NCBI GenBank assembly: GCA_964467655.1
Contig: CAYXSN010000006.1
Span: 9,601-73,600, forward strand
Length of the DNA: 64,000 nucleotides
Source: an uncultured Candidatus Saccharimonadales bacterium
GTDB lineage: Bacteria; Patescibacteriota; Saccharimonadia; UBA4664
Reading direction: 5' to 3'
Shown piece by piece: positions 55,394 to 64,000 of this stretch. How positions within the stretch are numbered: the first letter of the stretch is position 1; each line of letters begins with the position of its first letter. Both the position numbers and the translations under genes were made by a program. The notes beneath the pieces are model-generated. The model was given only the letters and a program-made list of their open reading frames with translations, had not been told where the DNA came from and did not search any database.

Positions 55394-57634
55394 TTAGTCA
55401 TCGTATGGTTCGGCCGGGCGCATCTCAGCCGCCACCATGCCGCTAGCAGCTCCCGTACCTCGAATTTGACTCAAGTCAGATATGAGTACGTCTCTCGGCC
55501 GAGCGCCATCAGCCGGACCGATGATCCCCCGTTCCTCCAGTAGATCGAGTAGCCGTGCTGCCCGCGCGTAGCCAATCCTCAGTCGCCGCTGAAGCATGCT
55601 GGCCGACGCCTTGCCGGCCCGAAAGACTGCCTCAGCCGCCTCATCAAACATATCGTCATCAGGCTCTCCCATCTCACCGCCGACGCCACCACCAACACTC
55701 TTGCCACCAATGGTTACTTTTTGAGCCAAAATCTCTTCATTGTAATGAGGTGGTCGGACAGTCCTCAAATAATCTGTCACGGCTTTGACCTCTTTCTCAT
55801 CCACCCAGGCACCTTGAATCCGACGCGGTTTCATGAAATCGGGGCTCATGAACAACATGTCGCCTTTGCCAAGCAATTTTTCGGCTCCCATCTGGTCAAG
55901 AATCGTCCGCGAATCCACTTGCGACGCCACACTAAACGCCAGCCGGGCCGGAATGTTGGCTTTGATGATACCAGTAATCACATCCACGCTCGGCCGCTGC
56001 GTGGCCAGCACGAGATGGATACCGATCGCTCGAGCCATCTGAGCCAGTCGCACAATCAGTGATTCCACGTCAGCCGCCGCCAACACCATGAGGTCGGCCA
56101 TTTCGTCGATAATGATCACAATATACGGCATCGCCTCATCGGCGTGAGCTTTGTTGTACTCAATGATATTGCGATTACCGACCTCTGCCAGCAACTTGTA
56201 TCGCCGTTCCATCTCAGCCACAGCCCATTTAAGCGCCGAGATCGTCTTCTCCGGCTCAACAATCACCGGCGTGAGCAGATGCGGTATATCGTTATACAAA
56301 CCTAGCTCAACCCGTTTAGGATCCACCAGAATAAGTTTGAGGTCATTTGGTGAGCTCCGGTACAAGAGACTAGCCAAAAGCGAATTGATCATACCGGATT
56401 TACCGGAACCGGTAGCACCAGCGATGAGCATATGAGGCATCTTGGCCAAATCCGCCGTCATCGGCGTACCGCTTACATCGCGACCCAAAGCAAACGTCAA
56501 AGGCGCCGTTTCTTTCTTCCATTCTGTGCTTTCAAGCACACCCCGCAAGCGCACAGTTGCAATCGATTTATTGGGAATTTCCACCCCCACAGCACTCTTG
56601 CCCGGAATCGGCGCCTCAATCCGAATAGGATGGGCGGCCAGGCTCAGCGCCAGATTGGTATCCAAACCAGTAATCTTATTGAGCTTAACCCCAGCTGGCG
56701 GTGTAAAAGTATATTGTGTCACAGTTGGGCCCACATTCACCTCGGCCATCGTGACATTGATGCCAAAGCTCTCCAATGTTTGTTGAATCGTCGAGGCATT
56801 TGCCTTCACATCGCCGGCATCAGCTTTCGAACCGACCGACGACAGCAGATCAAGTGCCGGCGGCGTCCAAGCCTCTTCTGAGTTTGCGGTCAATGCTTCA
56901 GGTTGGGCCGCCGGAGCCACTGGCGTCGGCGAAGGCAGTTTGCGTGGAGCCGAACCCAAGTTGAGTTCGCCGCGCATCGGCAGTGCCGTCGGCGCCGCTC
57001 CCGAATTATCGTTGACCTTCAATCCGGCCAAGGCGCCCGATTCTTGAGGAACCTCCGCTGGCTCATCAGCCGATTTCGATCGCGTGAATAATAAAGCTAG
57101 CGTCGCTGCCACATTCCGCAACGACGCATTTGTCGCCACAATCAGAAACACCAGTACCAAAGCAACCAAAATAACCGTGCCGGCCAACCCGTTCACTACA
57201 GTCAGCAGGCCTACGGCCAAATTATAGCCAATAATACCACCGCCTTCTCCAGCTTGGGCTTTCACCAAACCATGAGGCTCAACGAGGCCCAGGTGAAACA
57301 ACGTCGCCAAACTGAGCAAGAAACCAAAATGGCCAAAATAATTCCAACCACGCACGGTCCGCTCAGCTGGCAAAAACAGCATCCAAGCCAACATACCGCA
57401 CGTCAGCCATAACAAATAGGCCGCATAGCCAATAGCCAAACGAGCCCCGTCGAACAACCCCACCACAGCTGTACCACCGAGACCCATGGCCCCCAAACCA
57501 AACAAAATTCCCAGGGCCGCCAGGATCACACCACCTATCTGGCGCTTTGACTCGGGGGCCAGCTCAGGTTTGGCTTGCTTGCCACGGCGCCGCGGAGCCG
57601 ACTTCGGTTTTGCCTTTGCTTTGCGATTTGCCAT
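55394..57634 (-). CDS. ftsK: DNA translocase FtsK
   Basis: N-terminal TM helices, P/A-rich linker, motor domain with GATGSGKSGMINSLLASLLY, and a C-terminal gamma winged-helix domain. Confidence 0.85.
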   Translation of the reverse strand: MANRKAKAKPKSAPRRRGKQAKPELAPESKRQIGGVILAALGILFGLGAMGLGGTAVVGLFDGARLAIGYAAYLLWLTCGMLAWMLFLPAERTVRGWNYFGHFGFLLSLATLFHLGLVEPHGLVKAQAGEGGGIIGYNLAVGLLTVVNGLAGTVILVALVLVFLIVATNASLRNVAATLALLFTRSKSADEPAEVPQESGALAGLKVNDNSGAAPTALPMRGELNLGSAPRKLPSPTPVAPAAQPEALTANSEEAWTPPALDLLSSVGSKADAGDVKANASTIQQTLESFGINVTMAEVNVGPTVTQYTFTPPAGVKLNKITGLDTNLALSLAAHPIRIEAPIPGKSAVGVEIPNKSIATVRLRGVLESTEWKKETAPLTFALGRDVSGTPMTADLAKMPHMLIAGATGSGKSGMINSLLASLLYRSSPNDLKLILVDPKRVELGLYNDIPHLLTPVIVEPEKTISALKWAVAEMERRYKLLAEVGNRNIIEYNKAHADEAMPYIVIIIDEMADLMVLAAADVESLIVRLAQMARAIGIHLVLATQRPSVDVITGIIKANIPARLAFSVASQVDSRTILDQMGAEKLLGKGDMLFMSPDFMKPRRIQGAWVDEKEVKAVTDYLRTVRPPHYNEEILAQKVTIGGKSVGGGVGGEMGEPDDDMFDEAAEAVFRAGKASASMLQRRLRIGYARAARLLDLLEERGIIGPADGARPRDVLISDLSQIRGTGAASGMVAAEMRPAEPYDD

Positions 57635-57680
57635 ACGCGCCCATTATATCAGACCGTAAGCATAGTCGGCATACCTATAA

Positions 57681-59417
57681 CTACTCGCTTGCGAGCCGAC
57701 TCTGCTTCTGCCACAGTTCGTGATACCGTCCTTGCCTTGCCAAGAGTTCGTGGTGTGTCCCTTGCTCGACGATCTTACCCTGGTGCATTACCACGATGCG
57801 GTCGAGGTCCGCCACAGTGCTCAGACGGTGCGCAATCACAATGGCGGTGCGTTTACCAATAATCCCAGGCAACGACGCCTGGATGATCTTTTCACTAACA
57901 CTATCCAACGCGCTCGTAGCCTCGTCAAAAATCATGATCTCAGCATCCTTCAGGATCGACCGTGCCAACACGATCCGCTGCTTTTGGCCCCCACTGAGCT
58001 TAACTCCCCGCTCCCCCACCAAAGTATCGTAGCCGTCAGGCAGACGCTGAATAAACTCTTTGGCATGTGCCGCCGCAGCCGCCCGCTCAATCTCGGCCTG
58101 ACTGGCCTCAGGTTTGAAATACGAAATATTCTCCCGCACCGTCCTGTGGAACAGTAACGGTTCCTGCGGCACATACGCCATCCGCTGCCTCAGCTCCACT
58201 TGGGCTGCCTGCCTGATGTCGACGCCATCCACTTCAATACTGCCGCCATCGATGTCATCAAACCGCATCAGGAGACTGGCAAGTGTGCTCTTACCGGCGC
58301 CACTCAAGCCCACAATCCCCACTTGCTCACCTGCTCCAACATTCAAATCAAGCCCCGTAAACACCGGCACCCGCTTGCCGCCGGGCGTCCGGTAGGCAAA
58401 ATCAACATCCTGAAATGCCACAGTTCCACCCTGCCGCGGCAACTCTTGAGGCTCGGCCACATCACGGACTGTCTCATAATTATCAGTCTGATACTCCAGG
58501 GTTGGATACAGCTTAGATATCAGATCATCGTGTTGCTCCACCACTGCCGGAATACCCTGTACCGCGTTATACACTTGCACCATATACACCACCACCAGTA
58601 CCAACAGCCCTACCGAACCTAAGCTATTTGCTCCCGATTGCACCGCCAGCCACAAGGCAATGCCAGCACCAGCGAAAGTAATGGCGTCACGCGGCGTCTC
58701 CAGCCGGGCCAACAACAGCCGCCGTTTCGAATAGGCATCTTGCTCTTCTTGTGCTAAAGCCGTCATCCGCTGCCTCGACTGGACCGCATTCCCCGAAGCC
58801 TTGAACGCCACAATATTGGTGACGTCATCGGCCACTAACCCCGATACTCGCCGGTAAACCTCGTGAGTGATGTGGCGGTAGCCTTGAGTCAAGCGAGAAG
58901 CCCAGATTACGTAAATCACCTGAATAATCACAACGCCCAAAACAGCTAGTCCAACCGGCCACGACAACACCATGAGGACACTCATTGGCATTATCAAGAG
59001 CACCACAGTCTGTTGAATATCACCCCGGAAGAGCCGCACAAACTGCATAGCCGAATCAAGATGCTGCCGGTAAACGCCAGCCAAGTAGCCGGTCTGATTA
59101 TCGCGGTAGAATGACAAATCCTTGGCTACCAGCCGCTCATAATACGTCACCATCAGTCGGGTATAAACTTTGTTTTCGGCTAGGTTTCCAACCGCATCAC
59201 GAATATAGCGTAAGGCCAAACCGGCCAAACCGGCCACAACGTACCACAGAATTCCCCGCTGGGCCGCTGCCACGTCACCGCGCGCCACTGCAGCCACAAT
59301 GTATGCCTGGATAAGGGCTAAACCAATCCGCCCCATCACCGATTGGGCCAGTGCGGCACCAAACCCCACCCAGTAGCCTGGACTACGACCAAAGGTCGAT
59401 AGCAAATACCGATACAC
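57681..59417 (-). CDS. ABC exporter, fused permease and ATPase (MsbA-like)
   Basis: 6-TM domain plus NBD with Walker A GLSGAGKST, signature LSGGQKQR and Walker B IMIFDEATSALD. Confidence 0.8.
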   Translation of the reverse strand: MYRYLLSTFGRSPGYWVGFGAALAQSVMGRIGLALIQAYIVAAVARGDVAAAQRGILWYVVAGLAGLALRYIRDAVGNLAENKVYTRLMVTYYERLVAKDLSFYRDNQTGYLAGVYRQHLDSAMQFVRLFRGDIQQTVVLLIMPMSVLMVLSWPVGLAVLGVVIIQVIYVIWASRLTQGYRHITHEVYRRVSGLVADDVTNIVAFKASGNAVQSRQRMTALAQEEQDAYSKRRLLLARLETPRDAITFAGAGIALWLAVQSGANSLGSVGLLVLVVVYMVQVYNAVQGIPAVVEQHDDLISKLYPTLEYQTDNYETVRDVAEPQELPRQGGTVAFQDVDFAYRTPGGKRVPVFTGLDLNVGAGEQVGIVGLSGAGKSTLASLLMRFDDIDGGSIEVDGVDIRQAAQVELRQRMAYVPQEPLLFHRTVRENISYFKPEASQAEIERAAAAAHAKEFIQRLPDGYDTLVGERGVKLSGGQKQRIVLARSILKDAEIMIFDEATSALDSVSEKIIQASLPGIIGKRTAIVIAHRLSTVADLDRIVVMHQGKIVEQGTHHELLARQGRYHELWQKQSRLASE

Positions 59418-59504
59418 TGCCCGGTTAATAACCTGGGACCTCCAACAACAATTGCCTCTTAGTATACGTCGGCATCATGAGTGGCTTCAACAAATGGAAG
59501 CTAC

Positions 59505-60122
59505 TTAGCCTTTGTGGGCAATTACCTGTACCCACGTTGCATGAGATGTCGACTGATCGCCTGCCGCCTTTACACTAGTAAAGCCAACTTCCTGGACAGC
59601 ACGTCGTATGCGGTCTTCTGTCCAGTAGCAAAAATAGCGAGAGACACCAAGCTTGTCCTCCGCAGGCACCGACCACCTTTCTCCCTCACCCTGTTTGACC
59701 GTAAATGCAAAAGTACCATGGCTATTTAGAGCATTCATAACTTTGCGCATAACCCGTTTGGCCTCATCACGAGTGAAATGCAGGAGTACAGCATTAGCGA
59801 ATATGAGATCATACGAGCCTTCAATGTCATCGGTTATGGCGTTTAGTATACGAGCATTAAAGCCCTCCTGATTAAGCAGATCAACAAAAGCTCGGGTTGC
59901 ATCGGTACATTCCACCTTATAGCCCAAACTTTGCAAATATGCTGCATCGCGACCAAAGGCGCTTCCGATCTCAAGGATGCGCGCAGTTTTTGGAAGATCG
60001 CCTACAAATTCATCGATCCAATTTTTGACAGTACCAGCGGTAATGTTTTGTGCTGTGCCATCAACATATTCTTGGACATGAGTTTCGTATGCCTGGATGG
60101 TTTGTTGGTTGGAGTTGCTCAT
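59505..60122 (-). CDS. Class I SAM-dependent methyltransferase
   Basis: Motif I ILEIGSAFGRDAAYL. Start at MSNSNQQT... The ORF is open to 60194. Possibly a leaderless mRNA. Confidence 0.6.
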   Translation of the reverse strand: MSNSNQQTIQAYETHVQEYVDGTAQNITAGTVKNWIDEFVGDLPKTARILEIGSAFGRDAAYLQSLGYKVECTDATRAFVDLLNQEGFNARILNAITDDIEGSYDLIFANAVLLHFTRDEAKRVMRKVMNALNSHGTFAFTVKQGEGERWSVPAEDKLGVSRYFCYWTEDRIRRAVQEVGFTSVKAAGDQSTSHATWVQVIAHKG

Positions 60123-60229
60123 GGTATCTAGCATACACCAGGCAAACCAAAAACTAGAGATCGCAATTGCATTCTGGACTTTACAATTAACCAAACACGT
60201 CGAACACCAAACTTGTTCGCTATATCTGA

Positions 60230-62536
60230 CTAGACTTCGTTAATCACCGGCAAGACCATCGGATTGCGCTTGGTCTTTGAGTACAGAATGTCGGCAATCT
60301 CGTCCCGCAGGCGGAGTTTGAACTTGGTCCAGTCCTCACCAGGCACTCGCTTTTCGAAGATCCGCCGCACCTCAGCTCTGGTCCGATTAATCAACTCTTC
60401 ATGTTCTTTCATATAGATGAATCCACGCGAGATGATGTCGGGACTCGTGATAAGCCGACCGGTCTTGCGTGACACCGTGGCTACGATCATAAACATACCA
60501 TCGTTCGACAATGCCAGTCTGTCCCTGAGGACCACACCTTCCACGTCTCCCACTCCGGCACCGTCTACCATGACGACACCAGCCGGAATACGGGCCACTT
60601 TTTGGGCGCTATTGGCCGTCAGCTCCAGACAATCACCGTTGTCCATCACAAAGATGTTTTCCTTAGGGATACCCTCTTCAACCGCCACTTCGGCATTAAA
60701 TACCAGGTGATGGAACTCACCGTGGATCGGCATGTAGTACTTCGGCCGTACCGCCCGAATGAGGTCAGCCTGGTCATCCCTGAATGCGTGTCCACCAACG
60801 TGCACCGGACCGTGTCCTCGCAACGCCTCTGTAGAGCGGGCATACACGTTTGCCCCCTCGCGCATCAAGTTGTCGATGAGCGTAACCACAGACACTTCGT
60901 TACCCGGGATAACACTCGATGACAAAATGATGGTGTCACCGGCCTTAATCTTGATATTCTGATGGTCACCGGTACTCATACGCACGAGAGCTGAGTTTTC
61001 TTCACCCTGTGAACCAGTACACAGCACCACTACCCGCTCATCAGGCAAGCCGGTAATGTCTTGGACCTTAACCACCAAGCCAGCCGGGATCTTGATGTAG
61101 CCCATGCGCACGCACAACTCAATGTTCGAGAGCACCGAGCGACCTACCAAGGCAATCTTGCGGCCAGCCTTGGCCGTAGCATCAATGATGAGCTGCATCC
61201 GGGTAATAGAGCTGGAAAACGCCGAGATAATGATGCGGCCGTTGGCCCGGCCAAACAAGTCGTCAATGGTAGGCACGATCGTGACCTCGCTCCCACCCCG
61301 TCCGGCACGATCGCAGCTCGTCGAGTCACTCATGAGCAGCAACACGCCTTCTTGGCCGAGCTTTTCAAACTTCGGCATGTCGGTAACCTGGCCATTCAAC
61401 GGCGTGGGGTCAAGCCGCCAGTCGCCGGTATTAATGAGCATACCGGCCGGCGTCCGCAAGACCACAGCAGTTGAGTCAGCGATGGTGTGGTTGACCCGCA
61501 CCAGCTCAATGTTAAACGCACTACCAATTTGCACTCGCTCACCCTTGTCCGGGTCAAGCACCACCCAACGCGGTGTCTGGATCTTAAACTCCTCGATCTG
61601 TTTGGCCACCATACCCAGGGATAACCTCGACCCGTATACCGGCACCTGGAATTTCGGGATCATGTAACCCGAGGCGCCAATGTGATCCATATGGCCGTGG
61701 GTAATAATGATAGCTCGCACTTTGTGACGATTTTTCTCGAGGTAGGTGACGTCGGGAATGATGTAATCGACGCCTGGCTGCTTTTCATCGGGGAAGGCAA
61801 AGCCCATATCGATTATCACGATGTCTTGGCCACATTCAATGGCCATCATGTTTTTACCAATTTCACCCAAGCCGCCCAGAGGCATCACCTTGACCACTGG
61901 CACTCTCTCGGTATAGTTAGCGCGTTTTGCGCCACCTTTTTTGGTCTGCTGGTTACCGCCAAAGCCATTAAACTCACTTTTGTTCACCGGCATAGTATCC
62001 AGTGACGGCATGAGGTCTGTGTGAGTGGGCGCCATTTGGCTTAATCGCCGCCGTTCGCGGCTGACAGCATTACTGACGGCTTTAACTGGCTTGTTACCAC
62101 CTCCTGCTGCCGGCTGGGTCATGGGCCTAGCTTGAGGTTGAGGCCGGGCGCCGGCCACTGGTTTGGCACCTTGGCGCATAGCCGCCTGCGGCCGGGCAGG
62201 CTGGACGCCACGGCTGGCTTCAGGCCGGGTTCCGCGAACTACCTTGGGGCTCACCACCATGCCTTGTGGTATACCGCCCACTGCCGCTACAGCTGTTGGC
62301 GCTTTGCTTGAAGTACTTGGTTGGCGAACCGCCGCCCGAGGCTGCGACTGCGTCACAGGCCTAGCCGGTCTCGCCGGCGATTGAGCGACCGGCCGCACCG
62401 GCGCCTGGGCCATTTGCGGTCCACCCGGTTGCACGGGCATAGCCTGAGGCGGCATCTGGATGCGCGGCTCCAGTTTTTGCTCAGGCCGCGATTCGTTTGC
62501 GCCGGTATTTGATTGTTTGTTCGTTTGTGGATCCAT
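60230..62536 (-). CDS. rnj: Ribonuclease J (metallo-beta-lactamase/beta-CASP) with a ~190-aa disordered P/Q/A/R-rich N-terminal extension
   Basis: Core VKVMPLGGLGEIGKNMMAIE..., HGHMDHIGA (HxHxDH) and the beta-CASP and C-terminal domains. The N-terminal extension is in-frame from the ATG at 62536, with an AGGAGA RBS. Confidence 0.75.
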   Translation of the reverse strand: MDPQTNKQSNTGANESRPEQKLEPRIQMPPQAMPVQPGGPQMAQAPVRPVAQSPARPARPVTQSQPRAAVRQPSTSSKAPTAVAAVGGIPQGMVVSPKVVRGTRPEASRGVQPARPQAAMRQGAKPVAGARPQPQARPMTQPAAGGGNKPVKAVSNAVSRERRRLSQMAPTHTDLMPSLDTMPVNKSEFNGFGGNQQTKKGGAKRANYTERVPVVKVMPLGGLGEIGKNMMAIECGQDIVIIDMGFAFPDEKQPGVDYIIPDVTYLEKNRHKVRAIIITHGHMDHIGASGYMIPKFQVPVYGSRLSLGMVAKQIEEFKIQTPRWVVLDPDKGERVQIGSAFNIELVRVNHTIADSTAVVLRTPAGMLINTGDWRLDPTPLNGQVTDMPKFEKLGQEGVLLLMSDSTSCDRAGRGGSEVTIVPTIDDLFGRANGRIIISAFSSSITRMQLIIDATAKAGRKIALVGRSVLSNIELCVRMGYIKIPAGLVVKVQDITGLPDERVVVLCTGSQGEENSALVRMSTGDHQNIKIKAGDTIILSSSVIPGNEVSVVTLIDNLMREGANVYARSTEALRGHGPVHVGGHAFRDDQADLIRAVRPKYYMPIHGEFHHLVFNAEVAVEEGIPKENIFVMDNGDCLELTANSAQKVARIPAGVVMVDGAGVGDVEGVVLRDRLALSNDGMFMIVATVSRKTGRLITSPDIISRGFIYMKEHEELINRTRAEVRRIFEKRVPGEDWTKFKLRLRDEIADILYSKTKRNPMVLPVINEV

Positions 62537-62604
62537 ATGAATCGGATCTCCTTTCTGTATCTATTCGGATAAAAAGTTTTAAATAATTGCAGGGATTAAA
62601 ATTA

Positions 62605-63183
62605 TCAGCTAATTTTCTTCAGAATCGCTGGAATCAAGCTGAAGTCATCCATGAGGGTTTGGCGCATGCCCCCGTTGTATAGTGCCGCAGCCGGATGGAA
62701 CAAGGGCAAGTATACTTGTCCCCCTTTGCGTACCGGCTGGCCATGGGCTTGGCTGATCTTGAGCTCGGGTAAAAACACACTCATGCTATGTCGGCCCAAA
62801 AACACCACCAATTTCGGCCGGATCACAGCGATCTGCTTCAGTAAGTACGGCTTAAACTCCTCGATCTCTTCGGGCGTTGGATCACGGTTATCTGGTGGCC
62901 GATACTTCACGATGTTACTGATATAAATGTCCTGACGGGTCAGGCCGATACTGCCGAGCATCTCATTCAAAAACTTGCCGGCCGCCCCTACAAAGGGCTC
63001 GCCCTGTAAGTCTTCATTTTTACCAGGCGCCTCACCGACAAACATGATGTCGGCATCGGGATTACCCGCTCCAAATACCAGCTGCGTAGCCGTCGCTTGT
63101 AAATGCGGCGTCACGCCGTTGGCCTCAATTTCCTTGGCAATCTCGGCTAAAGCCTTGGCTTTGTCGACCGTTGTGTCTGCCAT
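62605..63183 (-). CDS. Uracil-DNA glycosylase, family 4
   Basis: FVGEAPGKNEDLQGEPFVGAAGKFLNEML (the GEAPG family 4/5 UDG motif). Confidence 0.75.
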   Translation of the reverse strand: MADTTVDKAKALAEIAKEIEANGVTPHLQATATQLVFGAGNPDADIMFVGEAPGKNEDLQGEPFVGAAGKFLNEMLGSIGLTRQDIYISNIVKYRPPDNRDPTPEEIEEFKPYLLKQIAVIRPKLVVFLGRHSMSVFLPELKISQAHGQPVRKGGQVYLPLFHPAAALYNGGMRQTLMDDFSLIPAILKKIS

Positions 63184-63306
63184 AGTAGTACCCTCATGGA
63201 AAACGGGATGCGAAAAATAATCTTCTTTTTGCCGCGGCCCTTGGGCGCCTCACCGTTGTTGGGTGAGGCGCTTGAAGCACCGTGGAAAACTAGTTGCCAC
63301 CCATGC

Positions 63307-64000
63307 TTATTGCTCCTCTTTCTTCGTAACATTGGCGGCTTTGATGCTCAGGTTGAGACGTCCTTGCGCATCAATATCTACCAACTTCACGCGCACTTTG
63401 TCACCCAATTTTACCACATCACCGACTTTTTCCACCCGTTTATCGGACAATTGGCTAATGTGCACCAAACCGTCTTTACCGGGGAGGATGTTTACAAAAG
63501 CCCCGAACTCCATCAGTTTAACCACTGAGCCGTTGTAAATGCGGCCGATCTCAGGATCTTCGGTCAGGCCCTTGATGATCTCAATCGCCCGCTTCGATCC
63601 TTCTGGATTCGTTGAAGCAATCATCACCAAGCCCGAATCTTCGATGTCAATTTCGACGCCGGTTTCGGCAATAATCTTATTGATGGTTTCGCCACCCTTA
63701 CCAATCACCAAGGCGATCTTACCAGGATCAATCATGATCTTGTCGATGCGGGGAGCAAACTGCGATAGTTCAGCCCGTGGTGCCGCCAGCTCATTCGTAA
63801 TAGCCGCCATGATATGCGCCCGCCCGGTTTTTGCCTGGGCCAGCGCTGCCTTCATGATGGCAGGCGTAATCCCTTTTACCTTGATATCCATCTGCAAGGC
63901 AGTAATACCATCTGGAGTACCAGCCACTTTGAAGTCCATGTCTCCGGCAAAGTCTTCAGCACCTTGGATATCGCTCAAAATCACATATCCACCGTCTTCC
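63307..64000 (-). CDS. pnp: Polyribonucleotide nucleotidyltransferase (PNPase), 3' portion. The gene continues beyond the window end
   Basis: Second RNase PH domain end, KH domain ([13 protein letters not shown]...[15 protein letters not shown]) and S1 domain ([33 protein letters not shown]). Confidence 0.8.
   Translation of the reverse strand, partial: EDGGYVILSDIQGAEDFAGDMDFKVAGTPDGITALQMDIKVKGITPAIMKAALAQAKTGRAHIMAAITNELAAPRAELSQFAPRIDKIMIDPGKIALVIGKGGETINKIIAETGVEIDIEDSGLVMIASTNPEGSKRAIEIIKGLTEDPEIGRIYNGSVVKLMEFGAFVNILPGKDGLVHISQLSDKRVEKVGDVVKLGDKVRVKLVDIDAQGRLNLSIKAANVTKKEEQ

Noticed and set aside
61104-61667. 187-aa plus-strand ORF and several neighbouring plus-strand ORFs (60417-62512)
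   Set aside because: All are antisense to the well-supported RNase J gene. Several are His/Arg-rich, the typical reverse-frame composition.

Overview
This 64 kb window looks like a monoderm (Gram-positive-type), small-genome bacterium at roughly 50% GC. The signals for that are a gatD-murT lipid II amidation pair, a T-box leader on thrS, a YolD/UmuC-like pair, and a type IV pilus (T4P) locus with PilM/N/O but no PilQ secretin. This is compatible with Candidatus Saccharibacteria/CPR-like or Firmicutes-like lineages, but the taxonomy is inference only. Almost all genes are on the minus strand.

Order of content:
- Positions 1-5400: gatD (partial), murT, miaA, thrS with a clear T-box antiterminator/terminator leader, and two tRNA-Val genes.
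- 5400-8600: two tandem CdaR/PucR-family regulators, a small hypothetical and a four-helix-bundle protein.
- 8600-10130: a UmuC-like Y-family polymerase with a YolD-like partner.
- 10180-15590: nadD, cmk, rplY and a membrane glycosyltransferase cluster (WecA/TagO-like GT4 plus GT2).
- 15590-19800: tRNA-Gly and tRNA-Thr, small surface/membrane proteins, a TrmB-family regulator with palindromic operators, def, and an NmrA-like oxidoreductase.
- 19800-23125: a decayed integrated-element region. It holds a degenerate APH-like kinase, a high-GC (~65%) foreign gene flanked by ~32-bp direct repeats, a PIN-like orphan, and a 5'-truncated large serine recombinase whose 3' end runs into tRNA-Asp.
- 23180-31040: FMN reductase, parvulin PPIase, PH-domain protein, tRNA-Arg, ndk, M16 peptidase, DedA, an O-antigen-ligase/TPR protein and xerC/D.
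- 31040-48010: a ~17 kb T4P supercluster. It contains a vWA-pilin, PilX-like and minor pilins, pilD, two tandem pilA, pilC, pilT, pilB, pilO/N/M, and two duplicated modules of a TPR membrane protein plus a ~637-aa secreted protein.
- 48030-64000: ychF, tlyA, efp, rpsR-ssb-rpsF with a consensus-like promoter, a PRC-barrel protein, recX-recA, yajQ, rodZ-like, ftsK, an ABC exporter, a SAM methyltransferase, RNase J with a long disordered N-terminus, a family-4 UDG, and the 3' part of pnp.

No CRISPR array and no rRNA were seen.
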